NCBI GenBank assembly: GCA_038231435.1
Contig: JBBRLJ010000009.1
Location: 32,001 to 96,000 of the forward strand
Length of the DNA stretch: 64,000 bases
Direction: 5' to 3'
Source: Planctomycetota bacterium
Lineage (GTDB): Bacteria > Planctomycetota > UBA11346
The notes under the pieces are model-generated. The model saw only the letters and a list, made by a program, of their open reading frames with translations. It was not told the DNA's origin and ran no database searches. Of this stretch, positions 48,155-62,661 are shown in pieces. Every line of letters begins with the position of its first letter. The first letter of the stretch is position 1. Made by a program: the position numbers and the translations under genes.

Positions 48155-49372
48155 TCAGCCCGAGCCGACGATCTCCGCCTCGCCCTTGGCGGTGCCGGTC
48201 GGGCTGAAGAAGTACTTCGGCCGGATGATCGGCGTACCCTTGCCTTGGCGGGCCTCGCAGCGCTCGTAGACGATCTGCGCGGCGATGCCGACGACGCGGC
48301 TGAGGCCGAAGAGCACGGTGTAGTAATCCGGATCGGTGAGGCCGCAGGCCATCAGCAGCGATCCGGAGGCGCTATCGACGTTCGGATGCGGATCGCTGAT
48401 CTTGGGATTGGCCGCGAGGATCGGCGGCACCACCTCGGCGAGCAGTTTCACCATGCGGAAGTTGGGCTCATCTGGGCAGAGATCCTCGCCGACGGCGCGC
48501 AGCACCTTGGCGCGCGGATCCTCGACCCGCAGCACCGCGTGACCGAAACCGTAGACGACTTCCTTGGCCGAGAGCTTCCGCTGGATGAGCTCGCGCACCG
48601 CGTCGGCATTCAGCTTGTCGCCGACCTTGGCGACGCACTCCTGCACAAACTCGAGGCATTCCTGGTTGGCCTTGCCATGCAAGGGGCCCGCGAGCCCTGC
48701 CATCGCCGCGCCCATGCTCTCGTACATGTCGGCCTTGCCCGACGCCACGGCCTTGCCGACGAAGGTCGAGAGGTTGCCGCCGCCGTGATCGAAATGCACG
48801 ACGTCGAACACGCGCATCAGCTTGGTCAGCTTGCGCGTCTGCTCGGCGCCCAGGCCCGGTACGCCGAGCATGTACACGAAGTTCTCCATGTAGCCGAGAT
48901 CGGCGCGCGGAGCGATCGGCTCTCCCCAGCCGGAACGGATGCGGAAGATCGCCGCGGTGAGCGCGGGGATCTTGGCGATGAGGTCGATGCACTCCGTGCG
49001 GTAGTCGCCCGAGGCGCAGACCATGCCCAACGCGTTGATCGCGTGGATGAACCATTTCATCGGATGGCCTGAACGCGGCAGCGCCTTCAGCGAATCGAAT
49101 ACCGCCTTCGGCACATCCTGGTTCGCCTTCAGCAGCTTCGAGAACTCGGCCGCCTGGGCGGGCGAAGGCAGGACCTTGTGCAGGAGCAGATGGATGACTT
49201 GCTCGGGATCGGTGTTCGCCAGCTCTTCCACGGGGTGACCGACGTAGAAGAGGCCCTTGGCCGCCTCGACCGAACTCGTGGTGCAGTAGCCGACTGGGAC
49301 CCCGCGCAGGCCGGTCTCAAGCGTGTCCTTGGTGATCTCCATGAGCACCGCGCTCTTGGCGCCTTCCTTCAT
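48155..49372 (-). CDS. gltA: Citrate synthase, eukaryotic-like type
   Basis: DHGGGNLS, LAGPLHGKANQE, YGFGHAVLR.EDPR, PNVD, YYTVLFGLSR motifs. Confidence 0.9.
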   Translation of the reverse strand: MKEGAKSAVLMEITKDTLETGLRGVPVGYCTTSSVEAAKGLFYVGHPVEELANTDPEQVIHLLLHKVLPSPAQAAEFSKLLKANQDVPKAVFDSLKALPRSGHPMKWFIHAINALGMVCASGDYRTECIDLIAKIPALTAAIFRIRSGWGEPIAPRADLGYMENFVYMLGVPGLGAEQTRKLTKLMRVFDVVHFDHGGGNLSTFVGKAVASGKADMYESMGAAMAGLAGPLHGKANQECLEFVQECVAKVGDKLNADAVRELIQRKLSAKEVVYGFGHAVLRVEDPRAKVLRAVGEDLCPDEPNFRMVKLLAEVVPPILAANPKISDPHPNVDSASGSLLMACGLTDPDYYTVLFGLSRVVGIAAQIVYERCEARQGKGTPIIRPKYFFSPTGTAKGEAEIVGSG

Positions 49373-49590
49373 GGCGTTCCCCTCGGTTCGGCAGGCAGTT
49401 GAGCTGGCCGTCAGCCCTGCCGTGGGACGGCAGACGCACAGGTCACGACGACCTCTGATCATACGTATTCGAAGCGCTCCGGCCTCGCAAAAATCGACAC
49501 TGACACGTCCGCGTTTGGGTGCAAGCACAGGGGGCGCAGGTACGCACGGATGCGCTCCGCGACTGAACGCGATGCGCGCGGCACATCGCC

Positions 49591-50667
49591 TTGTTCGCAG
49601 GCCGGTTCGATGAACAGTCCCGATCCGTGCCCGAACTGCAGCCTGCGCCGTCCACGCTCTACCGCCAGGTCTCCATCGCGGCCTGGGATTGCGTCAGCGT
49701 GGCCGGCGATGCCGAGGCCTCTTGGAGGGCGGTTCGAGACGGGCGCTCGGCGCTGATGCTGGTCGATGGCCGCTGGCGTGGCCGTCTCGACATGGCATCG
49801 GCCGTACCTGACGACCAGCTGCGCCTGCTCGCGATCTCCGCCGCGCGACGACCCTGGACGGCGATCGCAGGTGGCCGCGGTCCGGTGGCCTGGTCGGCGA
49901 GCACCAGCAAAGGGGACCCGTTGGCGCTCGACGCGGCGCTCGCCGGGGACTCGCGCCGGTTCATCGACAGCCTACCTGGGATGCCCGGCCAACGCCTCGC
50001 GCGGGATCTCGGCGTCGATCCGCGGAACGATCCGCTGCTGCCCTGCCCGGTCGCCGCCGCATGCTCGACCGGCCTGTACGCTCTGCTCGCCGCCGCGGAC
50101 TTGATGGAATCAGGGAGGTGCGCACGAGGATTGGCCGGAGCCGCAGACAGCTCGCTGACGCCGCTCTTGCTCGCTGGTTTCGACGCGCTCGGGGTCGCGA
50201 CCGGTGCACGTCGACCACTGGCCTTCGTCGATGATGGAGCCACGCCTACCGGATTCGCGCCCTCCGAGGGCGCAGGCTTCGTGGCCATGGCGCACGCGGG
50301 CCCATGGCGTCTGGTGGCAGGCGTCCGCCTCAGCGACGCCACCCATGAGACGCATTTCGGCGATCCACGCACCCTCGCCGGCTGCCTGGCGGCGCTGTGG
50401 AGGCACGCTCCCGAACCCGAGCTGATCATCACCCATGGCACCGGCACTGCCGCCGGGGATGCCTACGAGCGCGCCGGCTTGGATGCCGGACCCTGGCGCG
50501 GGGCGCGGCGCATCCACTGCAAGCCGATCATCGGTCATAGCCTGGGCGCCAGCGGAGCGGTCGAACTAGCTCTCGGCCTGAGCTCGTCGGCAACGACGCT
50601 CTGGAAGATCAGCCTGGGCTTCGGGGGGCATCTGGCCGCGGTGGCGGTGCAGCGCATATCGGAATGA
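49591..50667 (+). CDS. Short beta-ketoacyl-ACP synthase-like protein; start uncertain
   Basis: AAACSTG (Cys), THGTGT (His), GHSLGASG (His), SLGFGG motifs. Confidence 0.8.
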   Translation: MFAGRFDEQSRSVPELQPAPSTLYRQVSIAAWDCVSVAGDAEASWRAVRDGRSALMLVDGRWRGRLDMASAVPDDQLRLLAISAARRPWTAIAGGRGPVAWSASTSKGDPLALDAALAGDSRRFIDSLPGMPGQRLARDLGVDPRNDPLLPCPVAAACSTGLYALLAAADLMESGRCARGLAGAADSSLTPLLLAGFDALGVATGARRPLAFVDDGATPTGFAPSEGAGFVAMAHAGPWRLVAGVRLSDATHETHFGDPRTLAGCLAALWRHAPEPELIITHGTGTAAGDAYERAGLDAGPWRGARRIHCKPIIGHSLGASGAVELALGLSSSATTLWKISLGFGGHLAAVAVQRISE

Positions 50668-50858
50668 CCGTGCCGCTCCCAGCCGAATCCCACGCCCCGA
50701 AATTTCTTGAAAAGCAAATTTTTACGTCGATATGCCGCTAAAATCAACGAAGCAACCGGTACGGTTAAGCCCAAGCGCAGTTTTGCCGGAACATCACGGC
50801 GTTAGATTCTAAGTGCCTGTAAATCCTTATACTGTATGCGATCTGACGACCGTTACCA

Positions 50859-50874
50859 TGGCCCTTGCTTTGCC
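50859..50874 (+). promoter_or_regulatory. Candidate sigma54 -24/-12 promoter
   Basis: TGGCCC-TTGCT-TTGCC with GG at 50860-61 and GC at 50872-73, the canonical spacing; lies in an AT-richer intergenic region. Confidence 0.55.
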
Positions 50875-50904
50875 GCTGGCGGCCGATATCTACACTCCTC
50901 ACAA

Positions 50905-50920
50905 CGGCAATCCATTGCCG
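50905..50920. promoter_or_regulatory. Perfect palindrome, candidate operator
   Basis: CGGCAAT-CC-ATTGCCG, 7 bp before the nrpR ATG. Confidence 0.55.
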
Positions 50921-50927
50921 ATAAGCC

Positions 50928-52097
50928 ATGCCTGACCGTACGGGAATCCTGCCGCAATCGCCCCGCCACGACGGGGATGAGGATGAATCGCTGTTTCCAG
51001 CGGGCTCGGTGAAATCCGTATCCGCGGACGACATGCGTGACTTGCTACGCCAGCACGGTGAACGCTTCCAGCCCATCCTCGCCGCCCTGCGCGATCAACC
51101 GTGGAAGGAGCTCGTCACCACCCGCGATCTGATGGACAGCCTCTCGGCGCAGGGCCTCGACCTGTCCGAGCGCACGCTGCGCCTGTATCTCGCCGAGATG
51201 GCTGAGGTCGGCCTCATCGAACGTCACGGACGTCGTGGCTACAGCCTCGCCGAAGCCGGCGTCGAGGTCGCGCGCGAGCTCACCATCTCGCGCCGGCTCG
51301 GCAGCATCCTCTACCGCATGGAGGAGACCATGTGCCAGACCAGCTTCGATCTCGCCAGCGGATCGGGTCTGGTCTCGATCAATGCCTACGTCATCCCGCG
51401 GCGCTACGTGCTCGCCCTGTGCGATGAGCTCGAAGCGGTCTTCGCGGCCGGGCTCGCGGTGGGCTCGCGCGTGCTCGTGGCCGCGCCGGGCGAGGACATC
51501 CTCGGCCGCGTCGTGCCCCAGGACTGCATCGGGCTGGGGACCATGTGCTCGCTCACCCTGGCCGGCATGTTCATGCGCCGCGGCATTCCCAGCCATCCCA
51601 TCTTCGGCGGTCTGTTGCATGTCGAAGCTGGTAAGCCCGAGCACTTCCTCGAGATGATCCGCTACGATGCGACCACGCTCAGCCCGAACGAGGTCTTCAT
51701 TCGTGCGAATTTCACCAGCGTCTCGACCGCCGCGCGTACCGGCAAGGGCGCCATCACCGCGTCGTTCCGCGAAGTCCCGATGAGTGCGTTGCCGCGACTG
51801 CGCGAACTGGTGAAAGAGTGCGAGGACGCGCGCTTCCCCGGCATCATGCTGGTCGGTCGGCCAGGCCAGCCGGTGATGAACATCCCCGTGCACGAGGGCC
51901 GCGTCGGCGTGGTGCTCGCCACCGGATTGAATCCGCTCGCCAGCCTGTGGGAGCTCGACCATCGCGGCGATGCGGTGCAGCTCGAGAGCTCGCGGCCGAT
52001 GGTCGGACCCGCCCCCTACGAGAGCCTGATCCCCGTCGCGGATTTCCGCAAGCGCGCCACCGGCCTGGCCGGCGCCACCGCCTCCGCCTCCGCCTGA
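50928..52097 (+). CDS. nrpR: NrpR-family nitrogen transcriptional regulator (wHTH + NRD/DUF128)
   Basis: wHTH DLSERTLRLYLAEM..GLI; NRD motifs G.GLVSIN, GTMCSLT, FGGLL, YDATTLSP.EVFI, ASFREVP, GLNPLA. Confidence 0.82.
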   Translation: MPDRTGILPQSPRHDGDEDESLFPAGSVKSVSADDMRDLLRQHGERFQPILAALRDQPWKELVTTRDLMDSLSAQGLDLSERTLRLYLAEMAEVGLIERHGRRGYSLAEAGVEVARELTISRRLGSILYRMEETMCQTSFDLASGSGLVSINAYVIPRRYVLALCDELEAVFAAGLAVGSRVLVAAPGEDILGRVVPQDCIGLGTMCSLTLAGMFMRRGIPSHPIFGGLLHVEAGKPEHFLEMIRYDATTLSPNEVFIRANFTSVSTAARTGKGAITASFREVPMSALPRLRELVKECEDARFPGIMLVGRPGQPVMNIPVHEGRVGVVLATGLNPLASLWELDHRGDAVQLESSRPMVGPAPYESLIPVADFRKRATGLAGATASASA

Positions 52098-52209
52098 TCC
52101 CCATGACCGGAATCACCACATCTAGCCGCGCCAGCGCACGACCCGACTTCTCACGACCAGGCATCTTCACGATCAGCATCACGACTAGCGTCACGAAAAT
52201 GGACACGCC

Positions 52210-56793
<4,584 letters not shown>

Positions 56794-56855
56794 GCCCGCC
56801 ATCGTCTCGAACCGGCACCGCCTCATCCGCACCAGCATCGTCGAAGGAATCCGTC

Positions 56856-58337
56856 ATGGGTGATCCCAAGGGCTTCATGAAGCATACCCGTCAGGTGCCC
56901 AAGTACCTGCCGGTGGATCTGCGCCTCGCCAATCACGAGGAGCACATCGAGGAGTTCAGCGAGGAGCAGGTGCAGACCCAAGCCAGCCGCTGCATGGACT
57001 GCGGCGTGCCCTTCTGCATGACCGGCTGCCCGCTCGGCAACCTCATCCCGGAATGGAACGACCTGGTCTTCCGCGGACGTTGGAAGGAAGCGCTCGCCGC
57101 GTTGCACGCCACCAACAATTTTCCCGAGTTCACCGGCCGTGTGTGCCCGGCGCCGTGCGAGAACTCGTGCGTGCTCGGCATCAACGAGCCCGCCGTAGCG
57201 ATCAAGCTGCACGAGGTCTCGATCGTCGACAAGGGCTTCGCCATGGGCTGGATCAAGCCCACGCTGCCGCCCTCGCGCACCGGCAAGAAGGTGGCGATCA
57301 TCGGCTCCGGACCCGCCGGGCTCGCTTGCGCGCAGCAACTCAACCGCGCCGGACATGCGGTGATGGTGTTCGAGAAATCAGATCGCGCCGGCGGCCTGCT
57401 CATGTACGGCATCCCGCACTACAAGCTGCGCAAGGAGAAGGTGCAGCGCCGCGTCGACCTGTTGGTCGCCGAGGGCGTCGAATTCACCTTCAGCTGCCAT
57501 GTCGGCGTCGACGTCACCTGGGAGAAGCTGAAGGCGGATTACGACGCAACGGTGATCTGCACAGGCGCCGAGCAGCCCCGCGATCTCGCCATCGAGGGCC
57601 GTGAGCTCGACGGCGTGCACTTCGCCATGGAATTCCTGCCGCAGTCCAATCGCCGCAACTGGGGCGACGAAGATCTCGCCGCGCTGCATCCGAAGAAGCA
57701 GGCCATCGGCGCCGCGCACAAGAAGGTGATCGTCATCGGCGGCGGCGATACCGGATCCGACTGCATCGGCACCTCGCTGCGGCAGGGCGCCGCGAACGTC
57801 ATCAACTTCGAGCTCCTGCCCGAGCCCCCCGGCGCCCGCCCGAACAACAATCCTTGGCCTCAGTGGGCGCGCGTGAAGCGCATCTCGTCCTCGGTCGAGG
57901 AGATGACCGCGAAGGGTGGTGATGTGACCTACTCGGTGGCGACCAAGCGCTTCACCGGCGAAGCGGGTAAGGTGACGGGCCTGGTGACCGTGAAGCTCGA
58001 TTGGTCGTCGGGAAAACCAGTCGAAGTCCCCGGCTCCGAGGAGACCTACGGCTGCGATCTGGTACTGCTCGCAATGGGCTTCCTCGGACCGCGCAAGCTC
58101 GGCATCGTCGAGCAGATCGGCTGCGCGCTCGACCCGCGCTCCAACGTGCAGACCGATCCCGATACGCGCATGACCTCGGTGCCGGGCGTGTTCGCGGCCG
58201 GCGACGCTCGGCGCGGGCAGAGCCTGGTGGTATGGGCGATCAGCGAGGGCCGCGAGGTCGCACGCTGCGTGGATTCGTGGTTGATGAAACATGAATCCCT
58301 CCTACCAAGCGTGCGCATCGAGGCGTTCGCCTACTAG
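56856..58337 (+). CDS. gltD: Glutamate synthase small subunit
   Basis: RCMDCGVPFC..GCP, TNNFPEFTGRVCPAPCE, IGGGDTGSDC, AGDARRGQSLVVWAISEGR motifs. Confidence 0.98.
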   Translation: MGDPKGFMKHTRQVPKYLPVDLRLANHEEHIEEFSEEQVQTQASRCMDCGVPFCMTGCPLGNLIPEWNDLVFRGRWKEALAALHATNNFPEFTGRVCPAPCENSCVLGINEPAVAIKLHEVSIVDKGFAMGWIKPTLPPSRTGKKVAIIGSGPAGLACAQQLNRAGHAVMVFEKSDRAGGLLMYGIPHYKLRKEKVQRRVDLLVAEGVEFTFSCHVGVDVTWEKLKADYDATVICTGAEQPRDLAIEGRELDGVHFAMEFLPQSNRRNWGDEDLAALHPKKQAIGAAHKKVIVIGGGDTGSDCIGTSLRQGAANVINFELLPEPPGARPNNNPWPQWARVKRISSSVEEMTAKGGDVTYSVATKRFTGEAGKVTGLVTVKLDWSSGKPVEVPGSEETYGCDLVLLAMGFLGPRKLGIVEQIGCALDPRSNVQTDPDTRMTSVPGVFAAGDARRGQSLVVWAISEGREVARCVDSWLMKHESLLPSVRIEAFAY

Positions 58338-58500
58338 CATCCTGGCGCTGCGTGCGCCAGAATGCTCGTGCGCCAGAATGCTCGTGGTGCGGCGCCTTCG
58401 GCGCCGTCGGGCTTCGCCCGATTCGCCGCTGCGCGGCGGCACCTCCGTCCAGGCGGGGGGATCGAAAGCGATCCCCCGCTCCACTACGCTTCGACTGTGG
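58336..58500. repeat. Hairpin cluster with a 16-bp tandem duplication (REP/BIME-like)
   Basis: CGTGCGCCAGAATGCT x2 at 58351-58382; GGCGCC-TTC-GGCGCC; GGGC-TTC-GCCC; GGGGGATCG-AAAG-CGATCCCCC. Confidence 0.6.
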
Positions 58501-58629
58501 CTCATCTCCGTCCCCCCTCTGTGCCATACAAAGTTTTATTGGTGTCTGGAGGCGCTCCTGGCGAAATGCTTCCCGTCCGCAGGCCGTCTACGTGGTTTGA
58601 TTGGACGAGGACGGCGCCATGGTTTGGGC

Positions 58630-59250
58630 ATGTACAATCCAGCGCAGTTCGTCGTCAGCGATCCTGACGTGTTGGTCGCGTTCATGCGGGCGCATGCATT
58701 CGCGACCCTGATGACGCGCGATGGCGAAGGGGACATGCGGGGGTCGCATATACCGTTGTTGGTTGAGCGTGAGGGCGGGCGGATGCGCTTGCTCGGGCAC
58801 ATGGCGCGCGGAAATCCGGGTTGGCAGGACGGCGGGCGGCCGGTGCTGGCGATCTTCCACGGACCGCACGCGTTCGTATCGGCGGCGTGGTATGACGAGG
58901 CGGATACGGTGCCGACGTGGAATTACCAGGCGGTGCACGCGACCGGGACTCTCGCCGTGATCGAGGATGCGGCGCGCTGCCGGGAGATCATCGAGCGACT
59001 GGCTGTGGAGCACGACGCCGAGCTGGCCCGGCGCTGGCAGTCGCGCTTGTCGGATGGACTGCGGGAGAAGCTGATGGCGGCCATCGTCTTCTTCTCGATC
59101 GAGGTCACCGAGCTCGAAGGCAAATGGAAGCTCAGCCAGAACCATACCCCCCAGCGGCGCCAGCGCGTCATCGACGAGCTGCGCAAGCGCGGCGGAGACG
59201 ATCGCCGCGGAGTCGCGGACGCGATGGAGGCGACGCTCCCGTCAGCGTAA
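58630..59250 (+). CDS. PaiB-family FMN-binding protein
   Basis: MYNP..F, SHIPLL, GHMARGNP, FHGPHAFVS..WY, VPTWNY.AVHA.G, GKWKLSQN motifs. Confidence 0.9.
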   Translation: MYNPAQFVVSDPDVLVAFMRAHAFATLMTRDGEGDMRGSHIPLLVEREGGRMRLLGHMARGNPGWQDGGRPVLAIFHGPHAFVSAAWYDEADTVPTWNYQAVHATGTLAVIEDAARCREIIERLAVEHDAELARRWQSRLSDGLREKLMAAIVFFSIEVTELEGKWKLSQNHTPQRRQRVIDELRKRGGDDRRGVADAMEATLPSA

Positions 59251-59319
59251 CCCGCACCGGAACGAAGCGAACCAGCGCCAAGCACCACGGCATCGCCCCC
59301 GAGTTAGGCCCGCAGAGCA

Positions 59320-59484
59320 CTGGGGGCGATGCCCCCCATCCGGAGCGAAGCGACCGGGCGCCGAGTGGCGGTGGGCGGATAGAATGGGCGTAGCCCATCC
59401 GCCCACGTTGTCGCCGGCATCCGGCGACAACGTGCCACGACAAATCCCGTGGGGTAGGCCGCAGGCCGTAGGGGCGAAGCCCCT
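59320..59484. repeat. Hairpin cluster between convergent paiB and leuD (REP-like; possible terminator)
   Basis: 14-bp stem CACGTTGTCGCCGG-CAT-CCGGCGACAACGTG at 59404-59434; ATGGGC-GTA-GCCCAT; GCCGTAGGGGC-GAA-GCCCCT at 59465-59484. Confidence 0.65.
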
Positions 59485-60088
59485 AGACGAAACCGCTGAC
59501 GTAAGGCAGACCGGCGGCGGTTTTACGCACCGCATCCACGCCAGCCACGAGCTCGCCCGCGGCGTCCCACTGGCCGGTGAGGAACTGCTTCCTGGGTCCG
59601 TCGGCCATCTTCGCCGCGATCGTGGACGTACCGTAGCGGACCTCTCCCTTGGCGAGATCGACGGCGACCTGGATCTTCGGATCCTTCTCGATCGCAGTCT
59701 GCAGGGCGTCGGCATCGACGGCTGCGACGTGCACGCAGGGCAGGCCCATCGCGACGCAGTTGCCGAAGAATATCTCGGAGAAGCTGACGCCGATGATGCC
59801 CGCGATGCCCCACTTGGCGATCGCCTGGGGGGCGTGCTCGCGCGAGGAGCCGCAGCCGAAATTGCTGTTCACCACCAGCACGTTGGCGCCAGCGAAGCGC
59901 TGGTCGTCGAACGCATGGGTCTTGCCCTGGGCGGTGAGCTGTTTGCGGTCATCCTCGAAGGCGTACTGGCCGAGACCGTCGAAAGTCACGCAGCGCAGGT
60001 AACGCGCCGGGATGATGCGATCGGTGTCGATGTCGTTGCCGCGCAAAGGTACGGCGCGGCCGACGATGGCGCTGATGACACTGCTCAT
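59483..60088 (-). CDS. leuD: 3-isopropylmalate dehydratase small subunit
   Basis: [36 protein letters not shown] motifs. Confidence 0.96.
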   Translation of the reverse strand: MSSVISAIVGRAVPLRGNDIDTDRIIPARYLRCVTFDGLGQYAFEDDRKQLTAQGKTHAFDDQRFAGANVLVVNSNFGCGSSREHAPQAIAKWGIAGIIGVSFSEIFFGNCVAMGLPCVHVAAVDADALQTAIEKDPKIQVAVDLAKGEVRYGTSTIAAKMADGPRKQFLTGQWDAAGELVAGVDAVRKTAAGLPYVSGFV

Positions 60089-61524
60089 GACTTCTTCCCC
60101 GTTGCCGCTTTCGGAGCGAGCACGCTCCGCACGTCGGTGACCTTGCCCTCGAGCGCGGCGATCGCGACCATCGCTGGACTCATCAGCAGCGTGCGTCCGA
60201 CCGATGAACCCTGGCGGCCCTTGAAGTTGCGGTTCGATGACGACGCGCTGACCTGTCGGCCCTGGAGCTTGTCGGGATTCATCGCCAGACACATCGAGCA
60301 GCCGGCGTTACGCCACTCGAAGCCGTGCGCGATGAAGACCTTGTCGAGCCCTTCGGCCTCGGCGGCGACCTTGACCGCCTCGCTTCCAGGGACGATGAAC
60401 GCCTTGACCGTGGAGGCGACCCTGCCGCCGTGCGCGGTGATCACCTTGGCCGCCTCGCGCAGGTCGCTCAGCCGCCCATTGGTGCAGCTGCCGATGAAGG
60501 CGACGTCGATGGGCACCCCGGCGATCGGCTGACCGGCCTTCAGATCCATGTACTGGTACGCCTCGTCGATGGTCGCCCATTCGTCCTTGCCGAAATCGGA
60601 TTTGGCCGGGATACGCTCACCGACGCCCACGCCATGGTCAGGCGAGATGCCCCAGGTCACGGTCGGCTCGATGTCCTCGGCCTTGAAGGTCTTGATATCG
60701 TCGTAAACCGCGTCGGCACTCGACGCGACCTGCTTCCACCAGGCCACCGCCTTCTCCCAGGCGACGCCGCTCGGGGCGTATTCGCGGCCCTTGAGATAGG
60801 CGAAGGTGGTCTGATCGGGGTTCACGTAGCCGCAGCGCGCGCCGCCCTCGATCGCCATGTTGCAGATGGTCATGCGATCCTCCATCGACATGCGATCGAT
60901 GCAGGTGCCGGCGAACTCGTAGGCGAAACCCACTCCACCCTTGGCGGTGAGCACCCGCAGCACGTGCAGGATCAGGTCCTTGGCGTAGACGCCGGGCTTG
61001 AGCGCGCCGTCGACCTGGATCCTGCGTACCTTGAGCCGCGACATCGACAGGGTCTGGCTGGCGAGCACGTCGCGCACCTGCGACGTGCCGATGCCGAAAG
61101 CGATGGCGCCGAAGGCGCCGTGGGTGGCGGTGTGGCTGTCGCCACAGGCGACGGTCATGCCTGGCTGGGTCAGGCCCTGCTCGGGAGCGATGATGTGCAC
61201 CACCCCCTGCTTGCCGCTTCCCGGCTGGAACAGGCGGATGCCGAACTCGCGGCAATTCCGCTCGATCGCGACCATCATCTCCTCGGCCAGGGTGTCGGCA
61301 TAGGGCCGCGCCTGGTTCTCGGTGGGCACGATGTGGTCGACGGTCGCCACGGTCCGGCCCGGGAACGGCACCGTCAACCCGCGTTCGCGCAGCATCGCGA
61401 AGGCCTGGGGGCTGGTCACCTCGTGGATGAGATGCAAGCCGATGAACAGCTGGGTCTGGCCGCTCGGCAGGGCACGGACGGCGTGGAGATCCCACACCTT
61501 GTCGAACAACGTCTTGCTGCTCAT
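60085..61524 (-). CDS. leuC: 3-isopropylmalate dehydratase large subunit
   Basis: [44 protein letters not shown] motifs. Confidence 0.97.
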   Translation of the reverse strand: MSSKTLFDKVWDLHAVRALPSGQTQLFIGLHLIHEVTSPQAFAMLRERGLTVPFPGRTVATVDHIVPTENQARPYADTLAEEMMVAIERNCREFGIRLFQPGSGKQGVVHIIAPEQGLTQPGMTVACGDSHTATHGAFGAIAFGIGTSQVRDVLASQTLSMSRLKVRRIQVDGALKPGVYAKDLILHVLRVLTAKGGVGFAYEFAGTCIDRMSMEDRMTICNMAIEGGARCGYVNPDQTTFAYLKGREYAPSGVAWEKAVAWWKQVASSADAVYDDIKTFKAEDIEPTVTWGISPDHGVGVGERIPAKSDFGKDEWATIDEAYQYMDLKAGQPIAGVPIDVAFIGSCTNGRLSDLREAAKVITAHGGRVASTVKAFIVPGSEAVKVAAEAEGLDKVFIAHGFEWRNAGCSMCLAMNPDKLQGRQVSASSSNRNFKGRQGSSVGRTLLMSPAMVAIAALEGKVTDVRSVLAPKAATGKKS

Positions 61525-61809
61525 CGGCATCCTTTTCGGGGACGCAACAGTCTGGGCTCGGAGCGCTGCCATACAAGCGTAGGATCGCCGTATTCTGCGC
61601 CCGTTCACGACTCAACACCCCGATCGCGGCCTCCATAGAGACCGGTCCTTCGGCGGTCGCAGCGCCGAGAAACCACCCCGCCCGGCAGTTCGCGCGGCCC
61701 CGGCCCGCACCCCCGACCGGTCCGAGTTTTCGACGAAGCAGCTAGCGTCGGGTTAGTCGGCGATGGACTTGCGCCACTCGTTCGGCATCCACAATCGCGC
61801 ACTGACGAT

Positions 61810-62661
61810 ATGCTGAAACTTGAAGTCCTGAACACCGCCTTCAAGGGCAAGCAATTCAAATACAAGGCCGGAATGAAGATCGGCAGTGGCGCGGACTGCC
61901 AGATCCGCGCCCAGTCCGATGACATGCAAGACGTCCATGTGCGCTTCTACGACGAAGGCGATCGCCACATGGTCGAGGTCGCGACCGACAAGGCGCGCCT
62001 CTACGTCAACGGCAAGGACGTGATGCGCAGCGAGATCCGCCACAACGACCAGATCGTGGTCGGGCCGTTGAAGCTCAAGATCCTCGATGACGCCAAGATG
62101 AGCCAGTCGGCGATCCGCCTCGACCAGCTGATGGCCGAGTTCGAGGCGCACTCCGCGGACGAGATCCACGACTTCGCCAAGGTGGACCTGTTCTACCTGT
62201 CGACCAAGGATCCCATCCTGCGCCAAGCGGTGTCGTTCGTCATTCCCAGCAAGGACAAATTCATCGATCAGGCCCAGGTGTTCCTCGCGCGACTGGTCAA
62301 GCAGAGCGGCATGGAGGAGCAGAAGGTCGACGCCTTCATGACCTGCGCGAAGGAACTGATCCTCAACGCACACCGACACGGCCACAAATACGACGAGACC
62401 AAGAAGATCGTGATCCGCTACCGCGATCGTGGCGACCGCCTCGCCTTGAGCATCGAAGACGAAGGCACCGGCTTCGACCACCGCGCGATCATCGGCGCGA
62501 TCAAGAGCAAGGACGCCGCCCAGGCCGCGCGCGAGCGCTACCAGGCCGGCGGATTCGGCGGCCTCGGCTTCAAGATGATCTCGCACATGTCCGACGAACT
62601 CGCCTACAACGACTCGGGCAACCAAGTGACCTTCGCCGTGCTGAAGAAGGCTCCTGAATAA
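61810..62661 (+). CDS. FHA-like domain + anti-sigma-type (RsbW/SpoIIAB-like) HATPase_c protein
   Basis: KIGSGADCQI..LYVNG..IRHNDQIVVG; KELILNAHRHG, IEDEGTGFD, GGLG motifs. Confidence 0.78.
   Translation: MLKLEVLNTAFKGKQFKYKAGMKIGSGADCQIRAQSDDMQDVHVRFYDEGDRHMVEVATDKARLYVNGKDVMRSEIRHNDQIVVGPLKLKILDDAKMSQSAIRLDQLMAEFEAHSADEIHDFAKVDLFYLSTKDPILRQAVSFVIPSKDKFIDQAQVFLARLVKQSGMEEQKVDAFMTCAKELILNAHRHGHKYDETKKIVIRYRDRGDRLALSIEDEGTGFDHRAIIGAIKSKDAAQAARERYQAGGFGGLGFKMISHMSDELAYNDSGNQVTFAVLKKAPE

Noticed and set aside
61525..61809. Leucine attenuator upstream of leuC
   Set aside because: No Leu-rich leader peptide or terminator with U-tract seen.
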